This document shows positions 58,301 to 64,000 of a stretch of DNA of 64,000 nt, in pieces. Numbering within the stretch: position 1 is the first letter of the stretch; every line of letters begins with the position of its first letter. The DNA lies in contig NMRA01000037.1 of the NCBI GenBank assembly GCA_002633005.1, forward strand, positions 592,703 through 656,702, given 5' to 3'. A program made the translations under genes and the position numbers. The stretch is from Phoronis australis (taxonomy: Eukaryota; Animalia; Phoronida). The notes under the pieces were generated by a model. That model was not told the DNA's origin, made no database searches, and saw only the letters and a program-made list of their open reading frames with translations.

Positions 58301-61300
58301 AACAGTTCTTCTAATTCCTTGCCTTTCAAGTCTGTTTCCATGGCAACATTGCGCACTATATTTTTCATGGTACAGTCTTCAAGATTCTGTTGAGCAACGG
58401 CATGAAATTAAATATCAGAAGCACAATTCAAGCATAATTTCAAAAGCAATATTGCGAAACGCAAATTGCGAGTAAACCATACGATTTAAGACAAAATGGA
58501 CGTGAAGGCATATCTACATGCCACAACTAGACATTACATATAAATAACGTTCACCATCTGCAGTAAGCTCAATATGTAACACACTTTAATGGTTGCACAC
58601 TGGCTATCTATTTCATAAATAGCAGTTTCTCTGAGCGGGTAACAGAGCTGTAAGTTATCATCATACCTGTACAACTTTAAGCCGGTGCTTGAGTCTCAGT
58701 TTGTCAATATCAGAATTGGTCACGTGACCAAAGTATGTATAGCTTTCCTTAATGAGGTCAGAAACATTAACCACCTACGACAAAGTGAGAAAAATAAAAT
58801 CATTATTTAAGGCATTCATTGTATGATACGCCACAGCTGCCGAACTTCGTATAAAATCATTATATCCAACTAAATAATACAGTAAAAATTAATTACACAA
58901 ATAACTTCTAAATTGAGCGGAATTTAGAATTTTTGTAAGTTTCGTCAAATGTCAGCATTTAGCAGCACAGAAGCAACAAACAATAAGTAACAGGCGATAG
59001 AATCAATGAATAAACAGTACACATACACAGGGTAATGAACGGCAGTGAATCAGCGCGATGTCAACATCTAGCTTTGAGGGTGTTCTAATTTCTATCAATT
59101 ACTCATTCCAAAATTGGTATTCACATATCTAACAAGACATTTTAGTGTCTAACATTTGGCTGAAAATCCACACATCCCAGGATTTCCCTAGTTTACATTG
59201 TCTCCAGGACACAGACACTAGCCCAAAAAGCATTTCTGATGAGACTTAGGCAATTTTCCATGTGATACTGCAACACCTAAATGCGACATTACTTGAGGAC
59301 TAGATAATCCTACTTGCTTTAAAATCATGGACCCATGTCATTAGCCTATCATTGCAGATTGTTTTTCAGGTATTTGTCAATTGCAAGCAGTGAAACTATT
59401 CGGTTGTATTTTCCTAAAATTTAAATAAAAATTCTGACCTGCCACACACAAGTTAGTATGAAATTTAAAAGTGATGTAGAGATAGTGATAGTGATAAGAA
59501 TGATTCATTTACAGGATAATTAGGTCTAATTCATAATATGATCCTGTGATACAGACAAGCCAATTACTAAATAGTTTACATGCCACACTACAATGCATTT
59601 TGCAGACAATGCATACAAAGTGAGTTATGGAGCAGATTACCCTTACCACACAAAGGTCTCACAGTGTGACCTAGGGATTTTTAAAACCACCATCCTGAGA
59701 CAGAAAGGCAGCAATTTTGCCACTAGGCCACCCTGTCTGTTATAGCAACACAATTGTGAGACAAAAAACAAGACCTACTTTCTGCTGATCATCCTCAACG
59801 TCCATTGGTGCATCCGAGTTACGGATACTGTCCAAGTACTCGGTCAACAAGGTCATTGCCTCGCCATCGTCCTTACACTGGTTCAGTTCATCTCGCAACT
59901 GGTATAGGATAGCTAGCGCCACCTGGAAGACGACCTTGGCACCATCGAAGAAGAAGCAGTCTATGATACTAACCGCGCTCTCGAACGACATCACACTACA
60001 ATGACCAGCATGTGATGAGATACTACAGGGTGGTTAGAAAAACGTTACTATGGTAATTCTGACATTTCACACACTCCCCTGATTTCACACATCAAAAATT
60101 ACTTGGATTCATCGTTTCACTCATTTTGCATAACATAGTTTGTACTGAGTGTACTTTGTACTTTACAAATAATCCACAATTATTTAAAATTTTTACTAAA
60201 ACAATTCAATTTAGAACCACGGTCATGTCAGTGTGGAAAGATGCAATTTGTAAAAAAATGAACTTTTTGCAGTTTTTAACTTAAGAAAAGAAATTTATAA
60301 CATGTTGACAACATTAAACAGCGCAGTTTTAAGAACAACCAAATATCTCACGATGTTTAGCTGTTCAATGAGATAGTAAAATCAGTTCAAGAAGTCGCAG
60401 CCTTAACCTAGACAACATCAGTTCCTAGACATATTTTTCAGCTACCCAAGAACATGCCTCTGGGAGTCTGGAGGCACATTAATTATGTGGCAATACAATA
60501 GTGACCAATAGCTACAATGCTGGGGCACAGGAAAGTTGACTTCTAATGATCACTATACGTTCAAATCCCCCAATGGACTTAGAATTTAGGTTACGAACAG
60601 ACTTGAACTATGGGCGAGCGCAGTGATTCATCTTGAGCCAAACCTTGGCTGTATAACTTACTGAATTCATTAATTCGATGTCAAAACTCCAGCAAATAAT
60701 AACTTTCAGAATCTGAACGTTAGTAGATAGAATTTTAGAGAGCGAAAGAAACAGGCACGTGTAATGTTTGTCAAAAACACAAAGAATGTGAAAAAGTCCA
60801 AGAAGATAATGTCCACAATGCCTAAAAAACAAAGCAATACCTTAGAAATAGTGTGAGGAACCAGGAGAGGGCGATCATGCTGAGGAGGCCCAGTCGATCC
60901 AGTTGGTTATGCATGTCAGGTAGGTTTTGACGGATGAGATCTTCAAAGACACCTATGGTAACAAAAATATCAAGTTATTACAGACAAAATATTAACAAGA
61001 CAAACTTTAACAAATGGCAACCATTCCCCAACATGGCATCGCTACTGTGTTTAAGCAGAGCTCACATCTATTGGCTTTAGAGTTCCATGGGAGAATTTTA
61101 ACTCTGCTCCATGAGGACACCGCAGTGTATAGCAGCCAAGGAAGAGAGGTTCACATGATAAATCATCACACAAACACAAACCTAGGTCAATGCAGACTTT
61201 CATAACCCTAGAGTTATGGTAGTCAGACACCGGTTGTTCACATGAGTAATAACCACACCAATACTAACCTTGATCAATGAGGGCTCCCACAACCTTAGTG

Positions 61301-62488
61301 TTGTAGTAGTCTGGCAAGAGTCGTTCACACAGTGCCACAAGTAACCAGAACGCTTCCTCTTCATTTGCATATAACAGTAGCACGCTAGTGACTATGTTCA
61401 TAGCTTGGCAATATCCTAGGAGAAAGCAAGACAAAAGAAAAAGTTAAAGAGACTGCATAATACAAATTAGCTTGAAATGAACATGGATATTTCACTCATT
61501 TAAGTTTGGACACTACAATGACAACAACATGTCTGAGGTGAAGGAAGTCTTGAACTTAAAGAAGATTTAAAAGTGGCATTTGCTAATCCTCTACCTAGTA
61601 GTTTGTAATCATGTGGTCGGACACATTAGAAAATACAAAGTTTATAACACTCCCATTCACACAATGGCGAGCGTTGAATGTTTTCATTGAATTTCACAAC
61701 ACTTCCCAAAAAATCGAGACGTGAAATCAGACAACTTTATGATGTGCTTCTCATTTTCTGTAGTTCTTAGATATTAAGTAGTCGAGATATTTTTGACTTA
61801 ACAATCCCCTTCATACTTATCTCAATTTAACTCACCAAAGCAGTGCTCAGTATGCATGCTAAAACAGCATTACTGTGTAGTTTGTCATACAACTTGTCAT
61901 GGTTAGAAGCAAGCAAAAGCCACTTAAAGCCTCAATAAGCGCCTTTTATGTTCCTTTTTTCTATTTGTTGATTTCCTGTGCAGTCTGCTAATGAAGTATG
62001 TGAGCCACACTCACATAAGAAAAAAAAATGTCTAATCGATGAAATACAGCATCCCAGCACAACTTCGTAAAGAGACATCATTTTTAATTGGATGAATCCT
62101 TTTTAAGGTTTCTTAATAAGGCAAGCAAGCACTCAAAATTATAGAATTGTTCTATGAACCAAATGGAATTAAATGACTCCGCCGTAAAGCTGTTCAATTT
62201 TAGGTTGGATTTGATATCTGAAATAGCTCTGCGTGAGGCTGTAAAGTCCTGACACCATAATTCTTTTATACCAGCCCTCATTTCGGCACAAGACCTACCA
62301 ATGTCAGGGTTTCTCCAGGCATATGCAGTGAGAACCCGCCTCAAGGCTCCAATACCCTCGTCACTTTGAAAGGCAGGATGTTCTGGTAGTGACCTGTGCA
62401 AGTCTCGTTCTATCTCATCTGTAGCGAGCGTAGACTTGCCAGAGCTTTGTTCAACTAGAGAAGCATAGTAACCTGGATGTGTGGCAAG
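52301..62488 (-). CDS. TBC1D9: TBC1 domain family member 9 (TBC1D8/9-type Rab-GAP with EF-hand), 3' part; 5' exons lie beyond the window
   Basis: Phase-consistent exons 62488-62299, 61415-61269, 60952-60841, 59995-59779, 58774-58667, 58386-58288, 57899-57708, 55896-55719, 54763-54692, 54116-53946, 53621-53530, 53042-52301. TBC motifs IERDLHRS and GYCQAMN, EF-hand [14 protein letters not shown]-terminal [15 protein letters not shown]. The frame change in the last exon coincides with n52771. Confidence 0.93.
56076..57326 (-). mobile_element. Helentron-associated non-autonomous element (HINE/DINE-1-like) in a TBC1D9 intron
   Basis: Minus strand starts TTTTATGCGCCCACATA-loop-TATGTGGACGCAT (subterminal inverted repeat), then a (GTCC/GTCT)n microsatellite, then a core of ~147-bp tandem units, and ends ...CTCTTGTT. 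Confidence 0.8.
59640..59735 (-). mobile_element. Decayed tRNA-derived SINE head
   Basis: A-box-like TGGCCTAGTGG (59730-59720); loose similarity to 63133-63230. Confidence 0.35.
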
Positions 62489-63132
62489 CTGGAATGACAG
62501 GGAAGCCATTCAAAGTGGAACTATTGCCGAACTGAGAACGAAATACACAAAGAAGAAGCCAAAAAACAACACATAAATCTTGGACATAGACTATCTCAAC
62601 CATATGACAAAGTGTGACAACCAGTTTAGCAAGGAGATTTATAGCTTTAATAAAGCTACATTTTGCCATAACTAGCCAAAACTCGAAAATCAAATTAGGC
62701 TTTTAAATTCCATAAAACCAGTCTCATAATATTCCTTAAAGAGACAGGATCTCATTTCCATTACCAAAAAATTATAATTCTGAAATAATAACAAATCATT
62801 TACAAAAAACTGATGCTGCTGCATAGGATACATTACAAAAAACTTGTAATGTTGAAAACATAGATGCAGCTCAAAAATAAGAAACAGAAAAGCTATGGAA
62901 AGTAGAATTTTCAAACTTGGTAGATATAAAGACAAGTCAGTACCTCGTTGACAGCGCCAGAGAAAGTTAGCCATATTTCTCCCTTCAGCTTGTCCGGTAT
63001 TCCTTTTAAAATGAGATCATTTGTTTTGTGTGTTCGGTACATGCACACGCCTCTGCAAAGGAGAGTTGGCAGAATTTGACACAACAAAATAATTTTATTA
63101 ATCTAGTGAGGAACTGCAAAGGAGCACTTTAA

Positions 63133-63230
63133 CCAGTCAGTGAGGCATAGTGTGATAGGGGCCTGCCTTCTTTACTCGAGATCATGGCTTTGAGTCTCCC
63201 TGAGCCACGCTGCTAGACCCTGCAGTCATC
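63133..63230 (+). mobile_element. Decayed tRNA-derived SINE head
   Basis: A-box/B-box-like GAGGCATAGTG...GGCTTTGAGTCTCC; shares CCCT..G.CAC.CTG..AGACC with 59640-59735. Confidence 0.3.
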
Positions 63231-63270
63231 TTTCTAGCTCCTAAGCTTGGTTTAAACTATAGTATGTATT

Positions 63271-63375
63271 AACAAGAGCAACGCAGAGCGTTGAAATGCG
63301 CCCACAATTGCACCGCATACGGTATCCTTCTAGGGTTGTTTATTGGTACCATAAAGTGGCCAGTAGAGGGCATAT
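63271..63375 (-). mobile_element. Truncated HINE-like end related to 56076-56160
   Basis: AACAAGAGCA end, hairpin CAACGC-AGA-GCGTTG, then TAGGGTTGTTTATTGGTACCATAAAGTGGCCAGTAGAGGGCA, which aligns to TAGGGTTATTTATTTGTACCACAAAAATGGCCACTAGATGGCG. Confidence 0.65.
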
Positions 63376-63644
63376 ATGTAGTATGTTGTACTTAGCAAAA
63401 TGGAAAGGCATGGTCATTGTCTCCTCAATAGGCTAGGGGCAAAATGTGAGTAATCTTCATAATACAAGCACATCCTATACACCAGTTGCTTAAAGCACCA
63501 CAGAAACATAGAATTAAAAACAAATTTACCAACATACGAGATTAGCACAGCATTAGAATGCCAGAAACAAATTTCTACTTGGAACTTTTCCTTCATAGTC
63601 ACGAAGTAACACAAAGTATACACCTGAAGACCTATGAAAATACN

Positions 63645-64000
63645 ATGTCAGGGTTTCTCCAGGCATATGCAGTGAGAACCCGCCTCAAGGCTCCAATACC
63701 CTCGTCACTTTGAAAGGCAGGATGTTCCGGTAGTGACCTGTGCAAGTCTCGTTCTATCTCATCTGTTGCGAGCGTTGACTTGCCAGAGCTTTGTTCAACT
63801 AGAGAGGCATAGTAACCTGGATGTGTGGCAAGCTGGAATGACAGGGAAGCCATTCAAAGTGGAACTATTGCCGAACTGAGAACGAAATACACAAAGAAGA
63901 ATGCAAAAAACATGACATAAATCTTGGACATAGACTATCTCAACCATAGGGCAAAGTGTGAGAACCAGTTAAGCAAGGAGACTTATAGTTATTGAAGCTA
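63645..64000 (-). repeat. Second copy of the TBC1D9 LATHPG...NPD exon and flank (matches 62301-62658), probably allelic assembly duplication
   Basis: Begins at n63644, which cuts off the donor site. The exon differs from the first copy by 4 synonymous changes only. Confidence 0.8.

Noticed and set aside
59640-59735. Possible tRNA genes here and at 63133-63230
   Set aside because: Only box A/B-like remnants with no foldable cloverleaf; treated as SINE heads.
62299-63853. Two copies of the TBC catalytic exon as possible mutually exclusive exons
   Set aside because: The protein sequence is identical, the flanks are near-identical, and the copy starts exactly at n63644 without its donor. This is best explained as an allelic contig overlap.

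Overview
Eukaryotic, intron-rich, TE-rich invertebrate (bilaterian, probably ecdysozoan) genomic DNA from a draft assembly with single-n contig joins and one N gap. The ORF track mostly shows spurious or partial frames, so genes were rebuilt by hand from GT-AG splice sites. Host genes: a five-exon myophilin/MP20/transgelin-type calponin-family gene (+, 197 aa) plus a diverged partial paralog; a 12-finger C2H2 zinc-finger gene (-); a two-exon EcKinase/CHK-like kinase (-, 419 aa) plus a broken 5' duplicate; and the 3' 12 coding exons of TBC1D9/TBC1D8 (-). Mobile DNA: a hAT relic, several CAG/CAT-terminated MITEs with 5-bp TSDs, an AcademX-like relic, a P-like element with a 7-bp TSD, a Mag-type Ty3/Gypsy with 80-bp LTRs carrying a nested AT-TSD transposon, a second Gypsy relic, and Helentron-associated (HINE/DINE-1-like) elements. 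The best leads are a HINE whose ~147-bp repeat units each carry a CTCF-consensus motif, replacement-rich divergence of the myophilin copies, an in-frame duplicated splice acceptor, and the 5-bp-TSD MITE family. Two duplications joined at single n bases are probably allelic assembly artefacts. No CRISPR, rRNA or intact tRNA was seen.
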